Below are positions 29,573 through 38,635 of a stretch of DNA of 64,000 bases, piece by piece. A program made the translations under genes and the position numbers. Every line of letters starts with the position of its first letter. Position 1 is the stretch's first letter. This stretch comes from Thermoproteota archaeon. GTDB lineage: Archaea > Thermoproteota > Methanomethylicia > Culexarchaeales > Culexarchaeaceae. The notes under the pieces are model-generated. The model did no database searches. It was given only the letters and a program-made list of their open reading frames with translations, and was not told the origin of the DNA. The stretch spans positions 4,260-68,259 of the forward strand of contig JAJHRD010000001.1 of assembly GCA_020833005.1 (NCBI GenBank), read 5' to 3'.

Positions 29573-29692
29573 CAAAATATATCACTGTAGAGTAATTATG
29601 TGTGTTTATGCTTAAAAGGATTGTGACCAAATTTTAATGAATTATAGTAAATTTGGGTAAATGAGAAATCTAAAATGCATTAAGGAAAGTAT

Positions 29693-30109
29693 TTATTTTG
29701 AATATTTATTGATCCACCTATATACTGTTTTTATTGGTATCTTCAATTCATTTGATATCTGCTTCACAGTTAATCCCTTATCCCTAAGCTCCCTAGCTTT
29801 TTCCATAAGTTTCCTTCTTTCAAATTTATGATATCTTGATTTGTTTTCAATGATTATTCTGTTTTCATGGCCGAAGAGGGATAGGGCAAACTTAAATGCA
29901 GCTAAGTTGCTACTCTCCCTGGAAATATAACCTATAATTTTAATTTGGTAATCGCTTTCAATGTAGCTTTTAAGTTGCATCAATGCTGACTTTATTAATT
30001 TAAATGTCATGTTTGGATTATGGAATATGACTGTTACAACTTTATCCTCTTCATCAATTCTCACATCATAATCGCTTGCACTTAGACTCATAAGGGACAC
30101 CTCAATCAA
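29693..30109 (-). CDS. Hypothetical DNA-binding protein with a C-terminal resolvase-type (HTH_7-like) helix-turn-helix
   Basis: C-terminus LRDKGLTVKQISNELKIPIKTVYRWINK. The N-terminal roughly 90 aa is unassigned. Confidence 0.5.
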   Translation of the reverse strand: MIEVSLMSLSASDYDVRIDEEDKVVTVIFHNPNMTFKLIKSALMQLKSYIESDYQIKIIGYISRESSNLAAFKFALSLFGHENRIIIENKSRYHKFERRKLMEKARELRDKGLTVKQISNELKIPIKTVYRWINKYSK

Positions 30110-30245
30110 TTAAACTACTTAATTTAAAGTATAAGCTGGAATATAAAGTTTTCTCACTTTTCAAATTCTTCAAAAGAGAGAAAGATTTATATACCTTCTC
30201 ATATTATAATAATATTGAAAATGAGAATTATCGGGGGTGAGAACC

Positions 30246-30341
30246 ATGAACTGGAAGATGAGGATCCTTGAGAAGATCAAACCAATAATAACTGATAGAG
30301 GACCTCCAATAATTAAGAAGATTGTCTCAAAAATTAAATAA
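30246..30341 (+). CDS. Candidate 31-aa basic micro-protein
   Basis: [31 protein letters not shown]. Preceded by BRE/TATA-like AAAGATTTATATA (30181-93) and GGGGGTGA (30233-40); followed by a T6 tract. Confidence 0.3.
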   Translation: MNWKMRILEKIKPIITDRGPPIIKKIVSKIK

Positions 30342-30345
30342 ATTA

Positions 30346-30351
30346 TTTTTT
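30346..30351 (+). terminator. Oligo-T tract after the 31-aa ORF
   Basis: TTTTTT lies 5 nt after the stop. Confidence 0.25.
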
Positions 30352-30357
30352 ATGTTT

Positions 30358-32406
30358 TTATGGTATTAACAGAATTATGAGTGGTGCAAATACTTCTGCC
30401 ACCAATGACATTACTGTGATCATGGTGTTTAAGGATGGCCCTGCAGTATCCTTAAATGGGTCTCCAACAGTATCCCCTGTAACTGCAGCTTTATGAGCTT
30501 CAGAGCCTTTACCACCATAAGCTCCAGATTCTATGTACTTCTTGGCATTATCCCATAATCCTCCAGAATTAGCCATGAACAATGCAAATATTATTCCAGT
30601 GACTATGCTTCCAGCTAGGAAGCTTGCAAGAGCCTCCTTACCCAAGAATATTAATGTCAATATTGGAACTATTATTGCGAGGGAGCATATTGGTATAAGC
30701 TCCTTTAAAGCCCCCCTAGTCGCTATGTCTACGCATCTAGCATAATCAGGCTTAGCTTTACCTTCAAGGATTCCAGGATTCTCTTTAAACTGTCTCCTTA
30801 TCTCTTCAATCATCCTCTCAGAGTTTCTGCCCACAGCCAGTATTAGGAGAGCTGATAGTAGTGGGGGCATCATTCCACCAAGAATTAATCCAGATATTAC
30901 TTCAGGGGTCATTAGATTCAATACTCCTATGTCCACTGAATGTGCATATGCAGAGAATAATGCGAGCACAGTTAGTGCTGCAGCTCCTATGGCAAACCCC
31001 TTAGTTATAGCTTTAGTGGTGTTTCCTGCAGCATCCAGTTTATCTAGTATATCAATGATTTCCTCTCCAAGCCCAGATTGTTCAGCAATACCCTTTGAGT
31101 TATCTGATACTGGGCCGTAGGCATCTGCAGAGATGGTCATACCCACCGTGGCAAGCATACCAACTGCAGATATTGCTATACCATAGAATGGGTTCACATT
31201 GAAGTATAGCGATAGGTACCAAGCGGCAACAGTTGCAACGCAAATCCCAATTACTGGTGGAACTATACTTATCAAACCATATGAAAAGCCAGTCAATATG
31301 TTTATTGCTGCACCAGTAGTTGAAGCTTCAGCAACCTTCTTTGCTGGAGGCCTATCAATGGATGTGAAGTAGTCTGATGTCAATCCAATAATTACTCCAG
31401 CAATTAATCCAGCGGCTGTTGGTAGGAAGACTCCAAGCCACCTCTGACCAAGCCCGGAGAAATATGTGGTTACTAGTAGTAGGATTGCAAAGCAAATCCA
31501 TGTTGAGAAGGACCCCCTATTAAGTGCTGCCCCAGGATTCCCCTTAATGCTAAATCTAACCACCAATACACCAATTATTGATGAAAGCAAACCAATGGAT
31601 GCCACCATTAATGGAAGCATTAGCAATATGCCTTCACCAAGCTCCGCACCAATTATCATTGCAGCCACTATACTGGCTATGTAGGAATCAATTAGATCAG
31701 CACCCATACCTGCCACATCACCCACATTATCACCAACATTATCAGCTATTACGGCTGGATTCCTAGGATCATCCTCAGGAATTCCAAGTTCAACTTTCCC
31801 AACAAGATCAGCACTAATATCGGCAGTCTTAGTGTATATTCCACCACCAGCCTTTGCAAATAAAGCCAATGAACTTGCACCAAAACTGAAACCTAAAACT
31901 ATGGTTGAAGATTCAACGTCACCCCAACCAAATATGAAACGATATACGTAGAATAATACACTTATACCCACCAGCGATAAACCAACCACAAACAACCCCA
32001 TAACAGCTCCACCATAAAATGCTATTGGGAAAGCCTTAACCATACCACCCCTAGCAGCATTAGCAGTTCTAACATTGGCTTCCACAGCAGCCTTCATACC
32101 AAAATATGCTGCTAAAGTTGTACATATGGATCCCAAAACATACGCTATGGAGATACTTAAACCATAAACTACACTCCTTAAAAGCGTTGAATACACTAAA
32201 CCCAAAATTACAGCCATCACAGCAACGAAAATGAATAAAGTCCTATTCTGCCTCCTCAAATAGGCTTCAGCACCCTCCTTAATGGCATCAGCAATAAACT
32301 GCATCCTCTCAGTACCACGATCCTGCTTAACAATGTAATTGTACAATGAGACAGCAATAGTTATTGAAATTAAACCTATAGCCATGGCAAAGAAGACCCA
32401 CATCAT
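30358..32406 (-). CDS. hppA: Membrane-bound proton/sodium-translocating pyrophosphatase
   Basis: 682 aa, polytopic. Contains [17 protein letters not shown] and [17 protein letters not shown] motifs. Confidence 0.95.
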   Translation of the reverse strand: MMWVFFAMAIGLISITIAVSLYNYIVKQDRGTERMQFIADAIKEGAEAYLRRQNRTLFIFVAVMAVILGLVYSTLLRSVVYGLSISIAYVLGSICTTLAAYFGMKAAVEANVRTANAARGGMVKAFPIAFYGGAVMGLFVVGLSLVGISVLFYVYRFIFGWGDVESSTIVLGFSFGASSLALFAKAGGGIYTKTADISADLVGKVELGIPEDDPRNPAVIADNVGDNVGDVAGMGADLIDSYIASIVAAMIIGAELGEGILLMLPLMVASIGLLSSIIGVLVVRFSIKGNPGAALNRGSFSTWICFAILLLVTTYFSGLGQRWLGVFLPTAAGLIAGVIIGLTSDYFTSIDRPPAKKVAEASTTGAAINILTGFSYGLISIVPPVIGICVATVAAWYLSLYFNVNPFYGIAISAVGMLATVGMTISADAYGPVSDNSKGIAEQSGLGEEIIDILDKLDAAGNTTKAITKGFAIGAAALTVLALFSAYAHSVDIGVLNLMTPEVISGLILGGMMPPLLSALLILAVGRNSERMIEEIRRQFKENPGILEGKAKPDYARCVDIATRGALKELIPICSLAIIVPILTLIFLGKEALASFLAGSIVTGIIFALFMANSGGLWDNAKKYIESGAYGGKGSEAHKAAVTGDTVGDPFKDTAGPSLNTMITVMSLVAEVFAPLIILLIP

Positions 32407-32581
32407 TTAAATCACCAAAATATATTTCTCGGAAAAGATTAGAAGCTTACGTACATATTAGTTTTATGCTCATAAATATAAAGGGAAATCTAAAAAGATA
32501 TGATATTCAAGAATTAATAGTAGTAGGGGTATCGCTTAGATATCATGAAATCACATGTACAATTGCATATAGAGTATTGAA

Positions 32582-32953
32582 CTATTCAACACCATGAAAA
32601 CCGTAAATCAATAGCAACATACCAATCCCGGAGATGACCATGGAAGTGAATAGGGATGAATCACCCACAACATATGAGAATGCAACCATAGCACCATAAA
32701 TCCCTCCAATAAAAGCCAACAACAATTTTCCAACCAGCAACTTATATTTCAGGGCATAATAAGCCATTAAAACGGATATGCATGTTAATAAACCATAGGC
32801 TAAATGTAGGGTGAAGTTACGATATGAAGTTAATGTGAATAAAGCCCACGTGGAAAGAGTAAAGGAACCTAAAACTATTAATAGAGCATCCCAACTACTG
32901 AACTTGCTCCGCATAATTAAACCTTCAAAAGACAAAGATATATTAGTTTCCAA
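32582..32953 (-). CDS. Small 4-TM membrane protein, unknown function
   Basis: 123 aa, hydrophobic. Overlaps the stop of the upstream isomerase-like gene by 11 nt. Confidence 0.45.
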   Translation of the reverse strand: METNISLSFEGLIMRSKFSSWDALLIVLGSFTLSTWALFTLTSYRNFTLHLAYGLLTCISVLMAYYALKYKLLVGKLLLAFIGGIYGAMVAFSYVVGDSSLFTSMVISGIGMLLLIYGFHGVE

Positions 32954-33707
32954 TGGAAGCTAAGAGTCTACCATAACCCTTAATTCCAAAACCATAGTTC
33001 AAACGTTTAAGGACAGCCCACATAGATGCAGAATTACTGGATAAAACTGGTATACCCGCAACCTCCTCCAACTTATCAATCAAATTTAAAGTTGGCATAT
33101 TCGTACAACTTATAAATATGACATCAGACGATGAGTAATCAAGTTTGGAAAATAGGTTCATAATGGCGTCAGAGGACACTCTACCTATATCAACATTCCT
33201 AATCATATTCAAGGACTTCAAATCCATAACCTTAAAACCATTCCCCACAAGAAACCTCTCCTCCAAAACATTCAACTCATCAATATATGGAGTTATAACT
33301 GAAATCTTCTCAGCCTTAAGAAACCTCAATGCACTAACCACAGCCCCAGAAGTGGATATGGCAGGTTTACCAGTAAGCCTTTCAATCCTACTTTCAATAA
33401 GCTTATCATGACCCACCCCCCTAAACAAGCTACCAGTAGTACAACCATACAAAATTACATCGACATCAGCATCAGCAAGCTTCAAAGCTTCATCATCAAT
33501 TTCAGACTCCATAAGCTCCAACCCCTCAACAGTAACATCCCTAAGCTTCAAACGCGCCGTATGAATAGAGAAATCTTTAGGAAGAACCCTCCAAAACTCC
33601 AACTCCATAGTTGTATTTGAAGATGGAACGAGCAAACCAATCCTAAACAATTTCACATCCCACTTAAAATTTAAAAATCGAAGTATAAAATAAGTATATT
33701 GGGGCAA
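32943..33707 (-). CDS. Asp/Glu/hydantoin racemase superfamily protein (maleate isomerase/arylmalonate decarboxylase-like)
   Basis: RIGLLVPSSNTTME...YGCTTGS...ISCTNM matches the two-Cys racemase-like pattern. The real start is probably GTG at 33656 rather than TTG at 33707. Confidence 0.6.
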   Translation of the reverse strand: MPQYTYFILRFLNFKWDVKLFRIGLLVPSSNTTMELEFWRVLPKDFSIHTARLKLRDVTVEGLELMESEIDDEALKLADADVDVILYGCTTGSLFRGVGHDKLIESRIERLTGKPAISTSGAVVSALRFLKAEKISVITPYIDELNVLEERFLVGNGFKVMDLKSLNMIRNVDIGRVSSDAIMNLFSKLDYSSSDVIFISCTNMPTLNLIDKLEEVAGIPVLSSNSASMWAVLKRLNYGFGIKGYGRLLASIGN

Positions 33708-33770
33708 TGACTGATCAGAGTTAAAAGGGATCGATGATCTAAAGGCATTTGGAGGAGCCCCATACAGAAT

Positions 33771-33849
33771 GCGGCGGTCGTCCAGCCTGGTCTAGGACCC
33801 GAGTCTCCCAAGCTCGTGATCCCGGGTTCAAATCCCGGCCGCCGCACCA
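33771..33849 (+). tRNA. tRNA-Gly(CCC), CCA encoded
   Basis: GCGGCGG..GUCC-AGCCUGGUCUA-GGAC..CGAGU-CUCCCAA-GCUCG..CCGGG-UUCAAAU-CCCGG..CCGCCGC-A-CCA. Confidence 0.9.
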
Positions 33850-33923
33850 ACAAAAAAGTAAAGGAGAGAAAACAATATATACATAAAAAGCATTAATCAC
33901 ACAAATAGTACGGTGAAAAATCA

Positions 33924-34331
33924 TTGTATGATGAAATTGACAAAAACAAGTTTATTAAGGAATTAATGAAACTGAAGAATACACTGATAAAAGTTCAATT
34001 AGTAGATGGGAACGTTATTACAGGTAAGATCATAAGCATAGACCCAGAATACCTAAACATAATACTTGAAGTACCCACAAAAGAGGAGGAGGATGTGGGA
34101 GAGGTTGTAATGATCCCAGGATCATCAATAAGCTACATAAAATGGATGAAGAAGAGGGGGAAAAAGACAAACCTAGAAGGGGCAATACTGAGAATACTGG
34201 GAAGTGAACCAAACATATCCAAGGAAGAAATAGCAAAAATGCTAAACATAGATGTGAAAAACGTGGAGAAAGTTATTAAAAACTTGAAGAGGAAAGGACT
34301 TATAGATGAACAAAAGGACAATAAAAGCTGA
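33924..34331 (+). CDS. Sm-like (LSm/SmAP) domain protein with a C-terminal winged-helix domain
   Basis: Sm1/Sm2-like IKVQLVDGNVITGKIISIDPEYLNIILEV...VVMIPGSSISYI, then ILRILGSEPNISKEEIAKMLNIDVKNVEKVIKNLKRKGLI. TTG start. Confidence 0.6.
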   Translation: MYDEIDKNKFIKELMKLKNTLIKVQLVDGNVITGKIISIDPEYLNIILEVPTKEEEDVGEVVMIPGSSISYIKWMKKRGKKTNLEGAILRILGSEPNISKEEIAKMLNIDVKNVEKVIKNLKRKGLIDEQKDNKS

Positions 34332-34402
34332 AAATTAGGGGAATTGTAGAATTAAAACTCAATTATTATAAAAGCTAAAAACATAAATTAATTTGAAATT
34401 AA

Positions 34403-35365
34403 ATGGGCATAAAAGTCACACCAATAGCATTTGAAAGTTTGGGAGTTAGATCAATGTGTACATACATTGAAACAAGAAACATAAGAATACTAATAGATCC
34501 TGGAGCATCCCTAGGATTTAGATATGGTAAAATGCCACATCCATTGGAATATAGAAGCCTAATGGAAACCAGAAGAAGAATGTATGAAGTAGCTGAAAAG
34601 GTGGATACAATTATAATAACACACTACCACACAGACCATTACACACCACTAAAAATGACAGATTACCTATGGACTTGGACCACACCAAATGAAGCTGAAA
34701 AATTGTATGAAGGGAAGAAGGTGATAATAAAGGATTACAAGAACAACATAAATTTAAATCAGAGGAGGAGGGGGTGGATCCTCTGGAAACTATTGAGTAA
34801 AGTTGAGTGCAAAGTTGAAATTGCAGATGATAAGGTTATTATTGAGGGGGATACCAAGATAATCATAAGCAAACCAGTACCACATGGAGAGGAAAATTCA
34901 AAACTTGGATACGTAGTAATGGTGGAAGTAGAAGAAGCAGATGAAAGGGTGCTATTCGCATCAGATGTTCAGGGACCACAAACCAAAAGTCTCACAGACT
35001 GGATAATATCGTTAAACCCAAATCTAGTGATATTGAGTGGACCCCCAACATATATGCCGAATGCATTGAAAAACGTGAACGAGACAATAAACAACATTGC
35101 AAAAATAAAAATGGAAATAAAACACACGATACTGGATCACCACATCTTAAGAGACAAAAAGTGGAGGGAATACTTCAATGAAGTAAGAGAGAAAGCCAAA
35201 AACGATAACATCATTGAAACAGCAGCAGAATATCTTGGAGTAGAAGTGAATGCATTGGAATGCATAAGAGACGAGCTATATGAGAGAGAAGAGCCACCAG
35301 CAGAATTTACAAAGTGGTGTAGATCAATCCGTAGACATCGTGGGAAAGAGCCTCCACCAATATGA
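34403..35365 (+). CDS. Metallo-beta-lactamase-fold protein (UPF0282-like)
   Basis: ITPIAFESLGVRSMCTYIET..IRILIDPG and the histidine motif ITHYHTDHY. Confidence 0.65.
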   Translation: MGIKVTPIAFESLGVRSMCTYIETRNIRILIDPGASLGFRYGKMPHPLEYRSLMETRRRMYEVAEKVDTIIITHYHTDHYTPLKMTDYLWTWTTPNEAEKLYEGKKVIIKDYKNNINLNQRRRGWILWKLLSKVECKVEIADDKVIIEGDTKIIISKPVPHGEENSKLGYVVMVEVEEADERVLFASDVQGPQTKSLTDWIISLNPNLVILSGPPTYMPNALKNVNETINNIAKIKMEIKHTILDHHILRDKKWREYFNEVREKAKNDNIIETAAEYLGVEVNALECIRDELYEREEPPAEFTKWCRSIRRHRGKEPPPI

Positions 35366-35491
35366 TTAACATTTAAATACTGATGAAAACATTACCTAAA
35401 TAACTCTATAAACCTCAAATTTAACCATGCAAATACAATAAATTGCACCAACATGAAATGGGGGGATTTTATGGAAAATCGATTAAACTTA

Positions 35492-36541
35492 TCACCCCAA
35501 CAATAATTTCATCGGCTTCCTCTCCACACGTAAATTTATATTCTTAGCACTCACCACCTTCTCATCTCCAACTTCAGAATAGAAGGCTGTGTCAGCCCCC
35601 TTCTCAAATATAAATCTATAGGCATATCCAATCTTCTCATTATCCCTATCTTCAAGCACTCTCATCACAAGAGCCTCAACAACCCCCTCTTCACTTCGAT
35701 ACAATTTGTCTATGGTATTTCGGAAACCCTGCGGATTTAAAATGTCAAATGAATACGCTTTACCCTTACTTTTATCCTTAGGTTTTTCCATAAGCTTTTT
35801 ACCTACACCCACATGAACCTCAAAATTGTTTAGATTTATACTATCTCCACGGGATAAGTAGGATAATTTAAATGAATCCTTATACTTCATTTCAATTAAT
35901 ATGACAATGGATCTGCCTATAACCTCGCAAATATCATCAACAACTTTTAACGCTGTACCTTCATCCACACCAATACCTATCCTAACATTAGTCTTCCATA
36001 AAGCTTCGAAAAGCCTTGGAAACCTCCCCCTCTGTATAAAGTGTTGATCAACAATTACTTCTCCATCCTTTAAAAATCCGAGACCACGCCCAACCATAAC
36101 ATCCATATCCATACCCCCATATATCATTGGATTACTCATTATCGCAGCACCAGCACTAGACCCTGAAATAACCTTACCACTTAAAAATAGCATTCTTATG
36201 GCTTTTAAAGCAGGGGTTTCATTACCATCAACGATCAATCCTTTAACTATCCTATCCTGTGAGCCGCCCGTGAAAAACACTCCATCCAAACTTAAAATTA
36301 AATTAACAATCTCCGATGAAAAAGCATTAACATTACAGTTTTCCAAGGTAAGATCCACAAGTATTGGTTTTGCACCAGACTTCTCAAATACCATGCTATG
36401 ATTCTTCCAAGATTCATATGGGGATTCACTGGCGAGTGGAATTACACCTATCCTGCACCCAGAACCACCAGCCAATTCGGTAATGGCATTAAAAATTTCA
36501 TCAACATCAAGTATTGCCCCACCACCAACTACAAGTTTCAT
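35492..36541 (-). CDS. Peptidase S51 / cyanophycinase-like (class I glutamine amidotransferase-like fold) with an extra C-terminal domain
   Basis: FFTGGSQDRI and nucleophile-elbow-like ISGSSAGAAIM. About 150 additional C-terminal residues are unassigned. Confidence 0.55.
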   Translation of the reverse strand: MKLVVGGGAILDVDEIFNAITELAGGSGCRIGVIPLASESPYESWKNHSMVFEKSGAKPILVDLTLENCNVNAFSSEIVNLILSLDGVFFTGGSQDRIVKGLIVDGNETPALKAIRMLFLSGKVISGSSAGAAIMSNPMIYGGMDMDVMVGRGLGFLKDGEVIVDQHFIQRGRFPRLFEALWKTNVRIGIGVDEGTALKVVDDICEVIGRSIVILIEMKYKDSFKLSYLSRGDSINLNNFEVHVGVGKKLMEKPKDKSKGKAYSFDILNPQGFRNTIDKLYRSEEGVVEALVMRVLEDRDNEKIGYAYRFIFEKGADTAFYSEVGDEKVVSAKNINLRVERKPMKLLLG

Positions 36542-36704
36542 AAATACATGTTAGGTTTATAGTGAGTATTAAAAATTAACTAAGCCAACCTTCTATGCAC
36601 GGTGATTGACGCCGAATAGGGGGTTTATAATGGAACATCAATGAAGCCCGAACACATAAAGTCTAGTTGAAACATGTGATAATAAAATGTCAACATTCAA
36701 CGAT

Positions 36705-36759
36705 GGCTCAGCACTCAAGATCTAAATCATCAATCATAAGGGCTAGAGTCATCATTGCC
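36705..36759 (-). ncRNA. Candidate box C/D sRNA (55 nt)
   Basis: Minus strand: GGC-A-AUGAUGA(C)-CUCUAGCCCUUA-UGAUUGAUGAUUU(D'/C', degenerate)-AGAUCUUGAGUG-CUGA(D)-GCC. Terminal GGC/GCC stem, 12-nt spacers, and TATA-like ATAAATTTTT about 27-36 nt upstream. Confidence 0.6.
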
Positions 36760-36829
36760 AATAATTCTTTTATGATTGGTGTAAGAAAAATTTATCTCCA
36801 ATTTGGATTAATTTGGGATTGATGCCAAT

Positions 36830-37345
36830 TTGAATTCTGTGAAACCATCTGTATTAGCATTCGTGAAGAAGGCGCATGAAAGGGATGCAGCTATAGAAAT
36901 ATTGGATTGCATATTACCATATGATCCAAATGCAAAGTTTAGAATCTTAAGCATACCTGGCATTATAGTAATTGAATCGATGTTAAATGGTTTAGAAATT
37001 ATTAGGATATTGGAAAAATGCTTTGTAAGTCAAGCTAAGAGAATTATACCAATAGGTGATGTGGTGAAGCCAAATCCCACAGAAATTATAAATGGCATTA
37101 TCAAATTAGCTGAAGGAATTAAGGATAGTGGAGCTAAGTTTAAAATTGAATTGAAGAGTTATGATATTTCAAACACCCATAAATCAATCATAGATGTCAT
37201 TGCAAGAAAACTGATAACGGAGAGAGGATGGATTGTGAAATTAAAAGAGCCTGACATAACAATATTCATACACATATTTAGTGATGAAGCTTTCATATCA
37301 ATAGTTAAACGAAGTGAAATGTGGGAATTGAAGAAGTATTTGTGA
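36830..37345 (+). CDS. THUMP-domain protein (putative RNA-binding)
   Basis: 171 aa. The C-terminal half (KFKIELKSYD...IDVIARKL...IVKLKEPDITIFIHI) resembles a THUMP fold. Low certainty. Confidence 0.45.
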   Translation: MNSVKPSVLAFVKKAHERDAAIEILDCILPYDPNAKFRILSIPGIIVIESMLNGLEIIRILEKCFVSQAKRIIPIGDVVKPNPTEIINGIIKLAEGIKDSGAKFKIELKSYDISNTHKSIIDVIARKLITERGWIVKLKEPDITIFIHIFSDEAFISIVKRSEMWELKKYL

Positions 37346-37431
37346 ATTGAAAATTCACTTTCACATAACACTCTACTACAAATTAGTTTAAATAAACGAA
37401 ATTTATAAATTATTGAGATAAATAGAGAAAT

Positions 37432-38634
37432 TTGAGGGAATTGTCAAAGATAATCGAGGAAGAATTATTTAAAAAGACAATATTTAAGGATGAAAGCAAA
37501 CTCTCAGCAGATTACGTCCCACAAAATCTAGTTCATAGAGAGAATGAAATAAGGCAATTGTTAAACTACCTTAGATGCATGATTGATTCGCCGGGAAATA
37601 TTACACAAAAGGTTCTAATAGTGGGACCTGTGGGGACGGGTAAAACAGCCACATCAAAACTCTTCGGCTTAAGCTTCTCAGATGCAGCGAGGAGGAGGAA
37701 CATTAAACTAAAATATGTTCACGTAAATTGTCATAAAGATAGAACCCCCTTCCTAATACTGATGAAGATTGTTAAGACGTTAATAGATGGATTTCCAGAT
37801 AGAGGGCTTTCAACGCAAGAATTATTGAATATAGTTTGTGATAGACTTGAGGAGGAGGATGAATATCTACTTATAACCCTAGATGAAGTTGATTACTTCA
37901 TTAGGGTGGGAGGGGAAAGCTCACTATACGACCTATTAAGAGCCTCAGAAGAATATCTGAATAAAAAGCAGAGGATGAGCTTCATATTAATAGCTAGGGA
38001 TCAATTCTTCATACCATTACTGGATAGAAGTACACAAAGTGTTTTAATGAGCAATATAATAAGATTTAAACCATACACGGCAGAACAGTTGAGGGACATA
38101 TTGATGGAGAGAGTTAAAGAAGCATTCTATGAGAATACCGTTAGCAGTGAAGTAATATGGAGCATAGCAGAAATAGCTGCAAAAACGGGGGATGCAAGAT
38201 ATGCACTGGAATTACTCTGGCGAGCTGCAAAAACAGCTGACATGGAGGGGAGGAGGGTAGTAACAATAGATGATGTGAGGATGGCTGCATCAATGATTCA
38301 CCCAAGCATAAGAGGGGAAGATATAGATGCCCTTTCAAAACATGAGAAACTAGTATTACTAGCCATAACCAGATGCCTAAGGAAAACTGATCAACAATAT
38401 GTGAATATAGGGGAAGTTGAAAAAATGTACAAAATGATATGTGAGGAATACCATGTGGAAGCGAGGGCCCACACGAAAATTTGGGAATACATACAAAACC
38501 TAAGGAACGCTGGACTAATATACACAAGAGTAATAAATACGGAACCAAAGGGTAGAACCACACAGATATCACTTGTGGAAACACCATTAGAGTTCCTTGA
38601 GAAAGAATTGTTGAAGAGGCTTGAGGGGGGATGA
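37432..38634 (+). CDS. cdc6: Orc1/Cdc6 replication initiator
   Basis: LSADYVPQNLVHRENEIRQL, Walker A GPVGTGKT, Walker B LITLDEVD, C-terminal winged helix. TTG start. Confidence 0.92.
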   Translation: MRELSKIIEEELFKKTIFKDESKLSADYVPQNLVHRENEIRQLLNYLRCMIDSPGNITQKVLIVGPVGTGKTATSKLFGLSFSDAARRRNIKLKYVHVNCHKDRTPFLILMKIVKTLIDGFPDRGLSTQELLNIVCDRLEEEDEYLLITLDEVDYFIRVGGESSLYDLLRASEEYLNKKQRMSFILIARDQFFIPLLDRSTQSVLMSNIIRFKPYTAEQLRDILMERVKEAFYENTVSSEVIWSIAEIAAKTGDARYALELLWRAAKTADMEGRRVVTIDDVRMAASMIHPSIRGEDIDALSKHEKLVLLAITRCLRKTDQQYVNIGEVEKMYKMICEEYHVEARAHTKIWEYIQNLRNAGLIYTRVINTEPKGRTTQISLVETPLEFLEKELLKRLEGG

Positions 38635-38635
38635 A

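Noticed and set aside
33671-33924. Track ORFs 33671-33853(-) and 33739-33924(-)
   Set aside because: They are antisense to a clean tRNA-Gly(CCC) cloverleaf and are spurious.
36542-37431. Replication origin (ORB repeats plus an AT-rich unwinding element) next to orc1/cdc6
   Set aside because: No repeated ORB-like dyads were seen in 36542-36829 or in the 86-nt 37346-37431 spacer, and the larger gap is better explained by the C/D sRNA candidate. An origin elsewhere cannot be excluded without computation.
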